Numbered from the stretch's first letter, positions 30,001 to 42,599 are shown. The stretch is 64,000 bases of DNA from Eledone cirrhosa (GCA_964016885.1 OZ024741.1:123690001-123754000), one strand, 5' to 3'. Program-made: numbers and translations. Notes: generated from the sequence alone by a model not told the origin.

Positions 30001-30497
30001 CTCTGGCCTGGCAGTGCTACCGAGGAGCCTTGCCAGTTCGGGATAAACTCTACAGGCATGGAGGTGCCGTCAGCCGGGCATGTCCGAGATGCGCGCAGGG
30101 CGACGAAACCGTCCTGCATGCACTCGTCCAGTGTCCGAAAATTGCTGACTTGTGGGTTTATGTCGAACACCTGCTGTCGCGTTTAGGACGGATCCAGCTA
30201 TCATCTGAGTCTATCGTGAGGATTGCCCCGCCCTCCTCCTTTAGCCGGGAAGGGCAGGCAGTTTTTATCTGTCTGGTGGCCATGGCGAAAGAGATAGTAT
30301 GGTGGACACGTTTGAAAGGGCTGAAGACGAGCACTTACCTCTTCGGTGATGCTCTGATTGACTTTTTCAAATTTCATTTGAAAAGGAAAATCAGAGTAGA
30401 GAAGGAAGTGCTCTCTTCCCAGCATTTTGTTGAAAGATGGGTGAGAGAAGCAAGAATGGCCCGAGTGAATGGGCCGACTCTGAGTATATATCTGTAA
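27078..30497 (+). CDS. Intact ORF2: apurinic-like endonuclease, reverse transcriptase, C-terminal zinc finger (1139 aa)
   Basis: Uninterrupted ATG-to-TAA frame with all motifs listed for copy 1. Confidence 0.95.
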   Translation: MTSLRIGSINARGLGSSWKQGHLLNDLRSLNIDVVAISETRISEARAFAPIFGGFDVYASPSRPGSGGGVAVLFRRGLDLAIRAIFLDPEGKLVVLDVTSGDGQAFRLVAVYAPTGAGRPDFFRRLETFLGTSRSLVLVGDWNGILDARWDCVGLADRGGGCKSLTNLLRRFELSDRYRLDFPNVPMWTWTNRIGSSRSYLDRVFCREIDRSSIGCPQFKIVSYTDHKFVICVLDIDRLHRRGPGYWKLNASLPARKAYRDRISELVKRALTGAIVNNKWWFALKRAIRIESIRFSKALAIEKNRAEGELVRKLDEALSKGIATDVLAAKLALDQFFNAKHEGCVVRARVRALRHEGTKAVQWARVAEARRGNKATIRSLVDHDGRMLLDPGQMCEAFQRHFAQLFGGSGGPGRGMDFSVYLDGLPRLSATEAKCCEKPITAAEVREAMTGCTRGKSPGLDGLPYELYVQMPDLFGGLLVDVYCNWQQNGRIPSSVSRGAVALLRKDPNKGDNIDNFRPITLLNTEFKILAKVLAKRLALVVGGLVGEAQTCAIPDRSIHDNLHLMRYIVERVAREHGTGGSLINLDQSKAFDRVDHRYLAAVLRAAGFGPVFRGWIAAMHSDICSVVRVNGHLSEPFNIMRSVRQGCPLSSLLYVLTLEPLLHKLETLRGVPRELGCGRSVSAYADDVTVVVSNAKHIEAIGTTLREYEAVTGAMINQEKSVGLQLGTWRGRSMPSNSVVGRWTDGPVKLLGVWFGPDLQTDKNWDEVTSRVASLTQKWAERKLSLKGRAEVANAYIASVICYRLTVVPCPKPRLTALERLLFRFLWKGRAPMVRRSICCQHPLRGGLGMPWLMMRRHALRLRHLHLFLDGDQVWSPFARRVFPQLVSLTELQSWVKRRPRGSAWRLECLQALTALDQSGNVIGGNSTSAFYRGLVEGKSDDVLGETLGVDENQLANLFGRTFGPGPMDNFQKSLAWQCYRGALPVRDKLYRHGGAVSRACPRCAQGDETVLHALVQCPKIADLWVYVEHLLSRLGRIQLSSESIVRIAPPSSFSREGQAVFICLVAMAKEIVWWTRLKGLKTSTYLFGDALIDFFKFHLKRKIRVEKEVLSSQHFVERWVREARMARVNGPTLSIYL

Positions 30498-30757
30498 ACT
30501 AAAGGTGGAAAACTGGGAGAGGGCACTTGCCTTGGTGGTCAGGGTCATTGTGGCTTTTTACTGGGCTTTCTCCACAAATGTCCCTCCGAAGTCCCCCCCC
30601 TATTGGGGAATTTTTCATTGTTATTTTCATTGTTATTTTTGTTACATCCTCTGTTTTTGTTTTTTTACACGCAGAAATGCCCATTTGTACCGTCTTGCAT
30701 TGTCCTGCACTGTCCTTAATGTCTACTTTATGTAAACCCTTGTGGTTAATAAAGAAA

Positions 30758-30801
<44 letters not shown>

Positions 30802-33800
30802 GCATGCTATGGTTGACGGAGGCTCGGCTCTGTAAGGTATTGTAAATGTTGAACACTATAACAATTGTAAATTGTTTAAAACTTTAACGAACTTGTAGAC
30901 AAAAACACCCTCCTCCTCGTGAGAGGGGTCTTTCTGCCCGTTATTTGGCCCTTCGGGTTTAAATAACTGCTTATTGGGGTTTTTTACCCAATATTTATTT
31001 TAAACAAAAAAAAAACAACATGGCTACGAAAAAGTATTTTCATAGGTAACTCCCACTCATTCCGTCTTCTTCTTCCTCAATCATCACTACAGCAGAGAGA
31101 AGATTGTCTCTCTCCCTCCCTTCTTTAAATGTGTCTCTCTCCCTCCCTTCTCTTTCGCAAGCGACGAAAGAAAAGAAAAGTCTCGTGCAAAGCGTGCAAG
31201 GTTTCTCCACGACGACGACGACAGCGACGAAACAGGTGTGCGGGAAATACGAAAACCCAGTTCATTCGTCTGACGTCAGGAATAATAGCAGTAGCAGCCG
31301 TAATAACAACAGCAACAGTGACAATGAAAACAACAGTAGCAGCCGCAACAGCATCACCAGCAGCATAAACAACAACAGCATTATCAGCAGCAACACCAAC
31401 AACAAGCACAGCAACAGCGGCGGAGGCAGTAGTCGTAGTACCTGCAGCAACAACAAAAGTAACAGCAGCTCTGACGACAACAACAACAGCAGCAAAGAAA
31501 AACCAATCTCATTTGCAGGTATTGCGAATAACTTGGAAACAATCCTCATAACAAATGAGGAATTAGAGGAAGCGAAGAAGATGGTGACAAAGAATTTACA
31601 CCGACCAATCTGCAAGGCAGCGGAAAATTTTTTCGAAACCCAACAGCAATGTACGGTCACGTACCGTACAGTAAGTACAAAATCCCGTAGGGTGGAAAGA
31701 GCCACAGAGGCTCAAATACAAAAAGCCTTGGGGTCTGTGTGGCAGCGGAAAACGCACATCACCCGAGGCAAAAAATATGCCACCGTAGACGTACTTTTTG
31801 CCACACCCCAGGAGGCAAAGGCCCAATCCGTAGTGACCCTAAGGAGCGAGGAAATGGTGTTGGTGCCCTCGTACTGCGGGCAAAACATTGTGAGGGTCAA
31901 ACTGACCCACGCCCCCCCCCCCCCCCCCGGATGACCCCTTCTTGGCATCGAAGCTATCCCGGATGTTATAGACTTCGATAACGGCACTCAACTGCCCATA
32001 AGTGTTGAGGGGAAAACGCCCGAAATGCTTTCGCTGTGGATCGAAGACTCACCTCAGGGCCTTCTGCAACGAGAAGACCCTGAGAAAGGAGAAAACCCCC
32101 CTCCTTCCGAAACCGGCTCCACGGCTACCAGCAACAGGACAAGCGGCAACCAGGAAAGATAGGTCCGTGGCACCCATACCCACGCCACGGAAATCAAAAA
32201 CTGTAGCAGCAGTGGAAATATTAACAACAACAACAGCAATACCAAATGCAGCTGCAACAGAGACTCCTGGGCAAACATCACCAACAACAACAAGTGAAAG
32301 AGTGGAGCTGGTACCCCTCCCCGACCTCACAGAATCAGACATGGAGTGTGAGGTGGGAGAGAGATGGCAAAAGGTCGTAAGAAGGCACAAACGCAGAAGC
32401 AGCGCATCGTCGCCTTTGAAAAGGGAGGAAAGAAATGAGAAAAGGGTAAAGTCTACTGCAAAGAGACTCACAGCAGCAACACCACCAACACCATCACCAC
32501 CCACACTAGCACCACTATCACCAGCGGCGACAACCCCACCGCCAACAACACCTTCAACACCACCACCACAAGCACCAACATCGCAAACACAACAACAAAA
32601 CACACACACCCAGCAACAACGACAAGAAAATAGCAGAACCCCACCCCACCCCCAGAAAAACAAATGCACGGCAATAAATACACACAACAAGAAACTAATG
32701 ACTTACATAATTGAACACACAGACATTTCACAACACGACTACATAATACCAGCACCAATCAAAACGCCAACTAACATAAGACTGCTAAAAATAGCACAGA
32801 AACAATACACAAACATTAAAACGAAATTCCCCAACGCAGTTGGTGATTTCAGGGACCTAGGAGGGACAGTCAATCGGAGAGTATATTCAGACATTCTCAT
32901 AGAAGTGCCGACGACCAGTCGAAGGGACGATTCAACGGTCCCTTCACCAGACGATCAAGTGAAAAGGGATGTAAAAACCATCCCTCCTCTACGAAAAGTA
33001 CGGTAAGTGGTCTTTCCCAACTTTTCCACTCTATTTTAAACATGACCTCACTCAGAATAGGCAGCATAAATTCGCGTGGCTTGGGGTCGTCATGGAAGCA
33101 GGGTCACCTGCTCAACGACATCAGGTCACTAAACATAGATGTAGTGGCCCTCAGCGAGACCAGAATCTCCGAAGCACGGGTTTTCGCACCGATCTTCGGC
33201 GGCTACGATGTGTACGCATCTCCCAGCCGTCCTGGATCGGGGGGAGGAGTTGCTGTGCTTTTTCGGAGAGGTTTGGATCTCGCCATACGGGCCATCTTCC
33301 TGGACCCAGAGGGTAAGCTGGTGGTGTTGGACGTGACCAGCGGAGACGGGCAAGCTTTCAGTCTAGTGGCCGTCTATGCCCCGACAGGAGCAGGGCGGCC
33401 TGATTTCTTCCGGCGTCTGGAGACCTTTCTTGGAACGTCCCGCTCTTTAGTGTTAGTGGGCGACTGGAACGGGATCTTAGATGCACGCTGGGACTGTGTG
33501 GGATTAGCGTATAGGGGTGGAGGGTGCAAGAGCCTCACCAACCTGCTCAGGCGTTTTGAACTGTCTGACAGGTACCGATTGGATTTCCCGAATGTGCCAA
33601 TGTGGACTTGAACAAATCGCATAGGGTCATCCAGATCATATCTAGATAGAGTATTTTGTAGGGAAATAGATAGGTCAAGCATAGGCTGTCCACAATTCAA
33701 GATAGTCAGCTACACGGACCACAAATTCGTGATCTGTGTGCTTGACTTAGATAGGCTTCATAGACGAGGACCCGGCTACTGGAAGCTAAACGCGTCCTTA

Positions 33801-35800
33801 CCAGCGCGCAATGCCTACAGAGACCGGATTAGCGAACTAGTTAAGCGTGCGTTGACGGGGGCCATCGTCAACAACAAGTGGTTGTTTGCTCTGAAAAGAG
33901 CGATTAGAATAGAATCCTTTAGGTTTAGTAAGGCTTTAGCAATAGAGAAAAATAGAGCAGAGGGTGAACTAGTTAGAAAATTAGACGAGGCGCTTAGCAA
34001 AGGCATTGCGACCGACGTGCTTGCGGCGAAATTGGCCCTTGACCAATTCTTCAATGCAAAGCACGAAGGCTGCGTTGTCAGAGCAAGGGTGCGTGCTCTC
34101 AGACACGAGGGGACGAAAGCCGTCCAATGGGCCCGAGTGGCGGAGGCGCGTCGTGGCAACAAAGCCACGATCCGGTCTTTGGTGGACCACGACGGGCACA
34201 TGCTACTCGATCCCGGGAAAATGTGTGAAGCTTTTCAGCGACACTTCGCTCAGCTGTTCGGGGGAAGCGGTGGGCCGGGTCGAGGGATGGACTTTAGTGT
34301 CTACCTCGACGGACTGCCGCGGCTCTCGGCCACTGAGCAGAAGTGTTGCGAAAAGCCGATAACAGCCGCTGAAGTAAGGGAGGCAATGACTGGCTGCACA
34401 AGGGGTAAATCGCCTGGTTTGGATGGTCTGCCCTATGAACTTTACGTACAGATGCCAGACTTGTTCGGAGGCCTATTGGCGTACGTCTACTGCAACTGGC
34501 AACAGAACGGGAGAATTCCCAGTTCTGTGAGCCGAGGAGCGGTGGCACTGCTGAGAAAGGATCCGAACAAGGGGTATAACATAGATAATTTCCGGCCCAT
34601 AACTCTGCTAAACACAGAGTTCAATATTTTGGCCAAGGTGCTAGCAAAGAGGTTGGCGCTTGTCGTTGGTGGTCTGGTGGGAGAGGCGCAGACATGCGCC
34701 ATTCCCGACAGATCCATCCACGACAACCTCCACCTCATGCGATACATCGTAGAAAGGGTAGCTAAGGAACCTGGCACGGGTGGGTCCTTGATCAATTTAG
34801 ATCAGTCGAAAGCTTTCGATAGGGTCGACCATCGTTACCTAGCGGCAGTCCTGAAGGCGGCTGGCTTTGGGCCCGTCTTCAGAGGCTGGATCGCTGCCAT
34901 GCACAGCGACATCTGTTCTGTGGTGAGAGTGAACGGTCACCTGTCGGAACCGTTCAACATCATGCGCTCGGTCCGCCAAGGATGTCCCCTCTCGTCCCTC
35001 TTGTACGTATTGACTCTCGAGCCATTACTGCACAAACTGGAGACGTTGAGGGGCGTCCTGCGCGAACTAGGATGCGGAAGATCCGTGTCAGCATATGCGG
35101 ACGATGTCACCGTAGTGGTGTCGAACGCCAAACACATCGAGGCGATCGGCACTACACTAAGAGAATACGAAGCGATGACAGGAGCAATGATCAACCAGGA
35201 AAAGCCAGTGGGCCTGCAGCTCGGCACCTGGAGAGGCAGGTCCATGCCGTCCAACAGCGTCGTCGGACGCTGGACGGACGGGCCGGTTAAATTGCTAGGG
35301 GTCTGGTTCGGTCCAGATCTCCAGACGGACAAAAACCGGGACGAGGTGACGAGCAGGGTGGCTTCTCTCACCCAGAAATGGGCGGAGAGGAAGCTATCCC
35401 TGAAAGGTCGAGCGGAAGTGGCTAACGCGTACATCGCGTCTGTCATCTGCTACCGCCTGACCGTCGTACCTTGTCCTAAGCCTCGCCTGACTGCGCTGGA
35501 GCGTTTGCTCTTTCGCTTTTTGTGGAAGGGACGCGCTCCGATGGTCAGGCGGTCCATCTATTGTCAACCACGCTACGTGGAGGGCTGGGTATGCCGTGGC
35601 TGATGATGCGCAGGCACCCGCTCAGGCTACGACATCTCCACCTCTTCCTCGACGGTGATCAGGTGTTGTCGCCGTTTGATAGACACGCATTTCCCCAGCT
35701 CGTTTCCTTGACGGAGCTGCAGTCCTGGGTCAAGCGAAGACCGAGAGGGAGCGCCTGGAGACTGGAAAGTCTTCAGGCGCTCACAGCCCTCGACCAATCG
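30802..35800 (+). mobile_element. L1/Tx1-type retrotransposon copy 3, decayed and 3'-truncated
   Basis: ~122-bp deletion near 31946, TGG>TGA at 33609, frameshift near 35570; similarity ends at ccaatcgg (35800). Confidence 0.92.
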
Positions 35801-38575
35801 GTTAAGAATTTTCTAATTTTTGTATTGAGCCTACGGATCTCTGTGCTTGACCAGTTGATGACATTGTAACTGTAGGTTACTACTGGTATGGCAAGCGAGT
35901 TTATGGCATCGATCCTATTCCTTGCATTCAATTCCGTTCTTAAGATTGCTCTTACTCTGCGTTAACATTCCTTCCTTATCCCTTCCTTCATTATTGAGTT
36001 CTTGATTCCGTCTCCTTCACAAACACCTAGATATTTGTAAGTTTCCTCTCGATAAAATTATTTTATCACATTCCCTCGATCAAGATTAACGTCTGAACTT
36101 TTCAGCAGCTTTCCTCTGGTGAACGTTGCTTTGGCGCATTTCTCTAGTCCAAACTCCATTTTAATGTCATCACTGAACTGCTCCACAGTGGATAATAGCC
36201 CTTGCAATTGTTCATCATTTTTTGCAAATAGTTTCAGGTCATCCATGAAGAACAAGTGATTAATGGTTTTGTCATAGACCTTATAGCCAGGTTTTGTTTC
36301 ATTGAGCATTTTACTTAATGGTATAAGTGCGATGCAGAATAAAAGCGATGTTACAGATTCACCCTGAGAAATTCCACAATTAATATTAACTTCTCCAGCT
36401 TCCAGTGATTTGTTTCACGATTCAAAAGGACTGTCGTTTTCCATGTCTTCATACTGAATGACAGGAACCTTCTGACAACGGGAGATATTTATATCTCTAA
36501 ACATTTTTCAATCCAACTGTGTGGCAAACTATCGAATGTTTTTTTATAATCTATCCAAGCAATTGATAGAATTTTGTGTCTATTATGACAATCTTCCAGT
36601 ATAATTGTATTAACCAAAAGCTGATCTTTACAGCCATATGAGGTTCGTTTACACCCTCTCTACTCTTTGGGAAATAGATCATTTGTTATCAGGTGGTCAT
36701 ATGTATATTCAGTTAGGACTGATGTTAACTTTTTATACATTGTGGTCAAGCAAGTTATCGGTCTGTAATTTTGGGGATTGTTTGTCTCATCATTCTTCGG
36801 AAGTAGGAATGTAATGCCGTTAACTAGCCTTGATGGTATCTTTTCTGGCGCCTTAACCATTTCTATGTAAAATAGGACTAACAGCTCATGAGACTCTGTG
36901 AAGGCATCTATCCAAAAATTTGGTATTTTGTCTTTTCCTGGGGATTTCCATTTGCTGGTCTTTCTAAGAGCCAAACGCAACTGTTCAACTGTTATATTTT
37001 CCCATATTTGTTCCTCAAGGTGAGCTGTATCTTTCATTTGTCTGTCTATCCATGAGGCATGTATATTATGAACTTTTTCTTCGGCCCAGATCTTTTCCCA
37101 GAATTCTTGCACTTCCTCCTTGGGTGGTATTGATTTAGCAGTTATTGTTTACATGCCAATTTTTCTGTAGAAGTTTCTTTGGTTGTTTTTGAACATATTG
37201 TCCTTATAGAATCTAGATCGTTTTTCAAAGCGCCTTATACGAGCAGCTTTGGCCGACACTTTTTGCTTGATTATTTCTATCAGCATGTCTATGTCACTTG
37301 TTGATTTTATACTGTATTTTCTTTTCAATTTTCTAAGTTTAGTTTGTTTAACATGTTCACATAATTTGTAGTTTGTTAGAATTTCTATGTCAGATCGGAT
37401 ATGGTTTATTTGGCGATTGATGTTCTCTTGCCAAGTAGATTTCTTGTGGGAATTCCTTTGTTTTTTTTCATTTTCACTCCAGATAAGTGAGTGGTGACTT
37501 TAGTCGATGCATAATAGAGATGATTTAGATCAGTAATGTTTAGTTTGTTTGTGATGATAATGTTTTTGAGAATTATGTTAGTCTTGTGTATTATCTTTTG
37601 GTTCTGTTTGGAGTTCTGGATCTTAGGGAGGGTGTCTCGTTCCCCATGTCAGATTCTTTCATTTTCATCCAATCGATCATAATTTCATCCTTCAAGTTGG
37701 CAAGCTCATTCTCATTCATTTCCTTTTCATTTACAATCTCATTGTTTTCATTTTGAGTTTCATCTTGAGCATGCACTCCCTCCACTTTTTGGATCCTTTC
37801 TTTAATTTGTTCTGTTGTCAGTGATTCCGCCCCAACCCTGGGATTCGAAATGTTACAATTTACCTCGTTTTCACTGACACATGTTTCATTTTCCCTCCGC
37901 TGACTTTGTGCTAATAGCTTGATCTGAGCAATTTCTATATCAATTAGTAACTTTTTTTAACGAGATTTCTTCGTATATTGGCTAGTTTGTTACTGTCAAT
38001 ATAGCCTCTGTTTTCGGGATGTTTCTTTTTACAGTTGATATATGTCTGTTCTGTATTCGCTCTATTTGATGGGTAGTACATGGCAGTGTAGAAAGCCTCA
38101 AGGCCTTCTTTACTTCTTCCCTTGACTTCTTTACTTCTTTTTACTTCCCTTTACTTCTTTACTTCTTCCCTTGACTATTTTCTCTCTTATTCTTTGGATT
38201 TCTTGGTGGTGAGCATGGATGGCCAATAGTAGGAGTATTCCGGTTTTGGGAGTTCTCCAGCTCCGAAGTGATGGGAAGGTTTGAACCATTAGCTGATTTT
38301 TCGATCCCAGTCTGGTTCCTCTCTGAGGAACGCGGCCCTTTTTGACCTGGGTGACGGCCGATCCGGTATGAGATTTTATCATTTGACATTTACTTTATTT
38401 TGTCGCGTTTTAACCTTAACCGCCAAGGGGTAATCATTTCGTGTTACCACTTCTAGGACGAGTGTCAACCAGGACTAGAGGGGTTGTCCTCCCCTAGAGA
38501 CACGGCTATTCCCCGCCGGCTGCCATCTCGGTATTTCTTGGTAACGGGGTTTTCTTTGTTGATGTTTTTTAAATT
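35799..38575 (-). mobile_element. R4/Dong-type non-LTR retrotransposon, copy A (5' UTR, N-terminus and RT; 3' part missing), disrupted
   Basis: Fragments EFWEKIW...WKSPGKDKIPNFW...NYRPITCLTTMYK (36660-37112) and INHLFFMDDLKLFAK...FGLEKCA (36058-36309); probable ORF start at 38389. Confidence 0.8.
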
Positions 38576-39527
38576 GTTATTATCATGAGTGGTTCCTTAA
38601 TGTGAGCATTGCGTGGCTTAAGAATGAAATTATTATTAATAATATAATATACTTTTTGTTGAAGTTACCTGTTATTGTTGTTGGCTATGTCGGTGGTGGT
38701 GCTGGGGATTTTTCTATTGTTGGTGGGGAAGGAGGGAGCCAGCAGTGCCATAGTCGTTGACCTTTGACCGGGTCACAAATTCAGTCTATTTATATCTTTT
38801 GCTAGCCTCTCCCTCGTCTAGTGATACCGCCACCTTCCCCTTTCTTAAGTTAACAGAAGGTAGTGGGGGAACAATGGTGGTAGCAATGAAGGAGTGGTTG
38901 CGGCGGTGATGGGATAGTGGTAGCAATGATGGTGTGGTGGCGGCGGTGACTATAGTGATGGCGCTGTCGTTACTGAATTCTGTTGAATAGACTGTAGTAG
39001 TAGTATGCGTTTGTTTGACCTGTGTATCTATGCAGTTTGTCGCGTATGTTTAATATATATGTTGACATATTTCCTTAATATTAGAATTAAACATTTTGAG
39101 AAAACTTGAGATATAATAATAGTAATTATTATTATTATGTTGGGATTGGTTGTGGTGGTGGTGAAATTGCTGTCATCTGGCTGCTGTATTTACTGTACAC
39201 AGAGGGGTGATGGGATAGGTGGTGTTTCTAGTTTGTGTTGTTGGTGAAATTGCTGTTATTTGGCTGTTCTATATAGTGTAGGGAGAGGGGTTTTCTTTCA
39301 TTTATAACCATTTTCTTTTTTGAATATAAAATGTATAATACAAAATTGAATATTTGACCGATATAACAGGATATTATGGGTCTTCATTTCCTGAGAGAAA
39401 GGCCTGGTGCTTTATGTCCCATTTGTCCTACGAATTGTTATATCACAATAGTTTTAAATATGTTAAAAATCAAAAACTTACGGGAGCGATTCCATAACAC
39501 TCTATCCAGCACGTGCGTCTTCTTCCC

Positions 39528-41038
39528 TTATTATTATTATTATTATTATTATAGTTGCATTTATCTTCCTTTATGTTCATACCAGTTATCACCAAGTCAC
39601 AACCAGTGACCTCAAGAGACAACAAGGTCCGCCATGTTCAAGAAAGAACATACATATTCACACATGCATCTTTAGTGTTTAGACTTGTGATGTACTTATA
39701 TTGACAGAATCTTCCTTAGTATATGGGCAGTTCCCATTAGTACTATCTTTTGTATTTCTCCTATACGCGGGTTTCCTGGGATTTGCGATAAGTAATCATT
39801 AGACCCCTTAGGTATCATTCCCAGAGCACCTACAACCACTGGTATTGTTTTAGTTCTCAATTTCCACATTTTTCCAATTTCTATCTCCAGGTCCTTATAC
39901 TTGCTCAATTTTTCAAATGTTTTTATAGATACATTCTTGTCTATTGGAACAGACTTATCAATTAGCAGGCATACCCTCTTTTGAAAGTCATTCATTATTA
40001 TATCAGGTCTATTTGCATCTATTTTTCGGTCTGTTTGGATGCTAAAGTTCCACAAGATTGAGATGTGATCTTTTTCAAGTATGGGAGGTGGTTGATGCTC
40101 CTACCAATTCTTTTGATGGGGCAGGTCAAAATGCTTACACATTATCCAATGTATGTATTGTGCATCTCTGTCATGCCTGTTTAGGTATTCGGTTGGAGCT
40201 ATAGGACTGCACATTGAAATTATATGGTCAATGGTCTCTGGTTGTTTTTTGCATACACGGCATAATGGGCTGCACCCATTTTTTATTATGTTGGCTTGGT
40301 AATTTTTTGTTGGCAGACACTGATCTTGTGCCGATATAATCAGTCCTTCAGTCTCCGAGTTCAGTCCAGAGGATGCCAACCACTGATGGGTTAAAGTTTT
40401 GTCAACATCAGGATTGTTAGCTCGCTCTGGGTATTTTCCATACAGAGGCTTTTCTTGCCATTTCTTAGCCAGTTTCTGTAGCAGTTCTTTCTTTGCAGTT
40501 ACTTTTACCTGCTTTGCTTTTTCTGTGTTTTCCATTTCAGCAGTAAATGGGACTTCTGAAATTTGTAGTCCATTACTGTATCTTTGTGCATCTTTTGTAA
40601 TGGAATATGATCTTTTGATGCTTTCGTGTTTCAAAACGAGTTTGATCATCCATTCATGTGATTCCCTTAGATATGTAGATAATCCAATTGTTGCAGTTTT
40701 CAACGCAATGTCTAACTGGATTAACCCACGTCCTCCTTCTTTCCTAGGGAGATATATTCTATCTATATCTGCCCTAGGGTGATGCATTCTGTGCATGGTT
40801 AAGAATTTTCGAATTTTTGTATCGTGCTTACGGATCTCTGTGCTTGACCAGTTGATGACATTGTAACTGTAGGTTACTACTGGTATGGCAAGCGTGTTTA
40901 TGGCATCGATCCTATTCCTTGCATTCAATTCCGTTCTTAAGATTGCTCTTACTCTGCGGTAACATTCCTTCCTTATCCTTTCCCTCATTGTCGAGTGCTT
41001 GATTCCGTCTCCTTCACAAACACCTATTTATTTGTAAG

Positions 41039-41041
<3 letters not shown>
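39528..41041 (-). mobile_element. R4/Dong-type non-LTR retrotransposon, copy B (5'-truncated; zinc finger, restriction-like endonuclease, 3' UTR, (TAA)n)
   Basis: CRVC...HIISMC, RHD, NRPDII...LID...EKLSKYKDL motifs in ORFs 40101-40988 and 39696-40055; (TTA)n on both sides; 40799-41041 matches 35799-36043. Confidence 0.85.
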
Positions 41042-41071
<30 letters not shown>

Positions 41072-42400
41072 ATTATTATTGTTATTGCTATTGTACATGA
41101 TAATGATAATGGTGTTAATTGTTGTGATAATGAGGGTGATAATGACGAAGAAGTGGATGATGATAATAAGCAGGATCATGATGATATTCATGATGATAAT
41201 GATATTGATAGTAGTGGAGCGTGATGATAGTGATGATGATTATGATGATGGTGCTGATGATGAGGTTATGACGTCAAGTGAAGGAAGTAATATTTGTTGT
41301 TGTAATGAAAATACCCACAGTAATAGTGATAATGTAAGAAGTATTTGTATAGCGATTTAGTTAACGCAATTATAAAGATGGAGATGATGATGTAATAATA
41401 ATGATGATGGTATAGAAAGGTGTTAACTCACAGCGATGATATTGAAGATAAAGTTGAAAAGAATATGTATGAAGATGATAAAGATTATGTTGAAAATGAT
41501 GACGGTAAGTATAATAACTGTGATGATGATGAGGGTGGCGTTGACGTTAACGATGAAGTAGATGAGTGTTTCAAGTCAATGTTGTTGATAATGAGATAGA
41601 ATGATGATGATGATGATGATGATGACGTTGTTATTGATTGTGTTATTAATGACGATGGTGTTGATGATGATAATTATTTTTACGGACGTCTCCGCCTACA
41701 TTATTATAACGATCATATCAACGAAAATAGCGATGATGACGGTATATTGCAATTGAGGCGGAAGCGATGATGGAATACAAAGGTGTTAACATATTATCCA
41801 TGATGACAATTATGCTCAAAATAATAATATCGATATTGTTGTTGATGATGAAAATGATGATGATGATGATGATGATAGTGATATTCATGACGACAATAAT
41901 TGTTTCTACTTTTGGCACAAGGCCAGCAATTACCTCAGTGCATTACTGGTGCTTTATTTTATTGATGCCTGAAAGCAAAAATTAAACTTGGCGGTATTTG
42001 AACACAGAACATAAAGGGCCATAACTCTATGCTCCAAAGCATGGTGTCTGACGCTCTGCCGATACTGCCAAGATGACAATAATATTGATGTGTTATGTCA
42101 AAAGGATAATACTGATGGGAACGTTGATGATGATGGTGATGATGGTGGTGGTAGTGGCGATTCTGATGCTGTATGCCTAAAGATTTTACTGATTATAATA
42201 ACGACAATGATAAATGTAATGGTGGAAATGATAATAGCATAGAAAGTTGCTAAATCACAACCATGGTAATGATGAACATCGCTCTGATGATGCTGGTGAT
42301 GAGGTTGATGATGACAAAGGGGATAATGATTATGATGAAGATGACGATTATTGAGAAGACGGTGATCATGATAATAATCCGGATCACACTGATTATGATA
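41042..42400. repeat. Degenerate (TTA)n/(GAT)n low-complexity region with a SINE fragment at about 41905-42070 (-)
   Basis: Direct reading; tttggcacaaggccagcaattac...gcattactgg matches the SINE family at 54760. Confidence 0.8.
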
Positions 42401-42599
42401 TATAAGGAGACGGTGCAACATAGAGAACATTCATTTGTCCCTTGTGTCCTGGAATACGAAGGGGGATTCCAGGTAGTGAGCTTAACACACACAGACACTC
42501 ACACGAACGTCAATCCAGCTCCATATGTATATATATATATATATATATGAAAGAAGGGATTTATTGTTTACTTGAAGCATTGTACATGGTAAAATACAT

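Larger units (their letters stand above)
24718..30756 (+). mobile_element. Full-length L1/Tx1-type retrotransposon, copy 2
   Basis: Near-identical to copy 1; begins gcatgctatggttgacgg directly after (TTA)n. Confidence 0.93.

Noticed and set aside
18939-35446. Many antisense and alternate-frame ORFs inside the Tx1 copies
   Set aside because: Shadows of GC-rich or low-complexity coding sequence; their recurrence only reflects the triplication.
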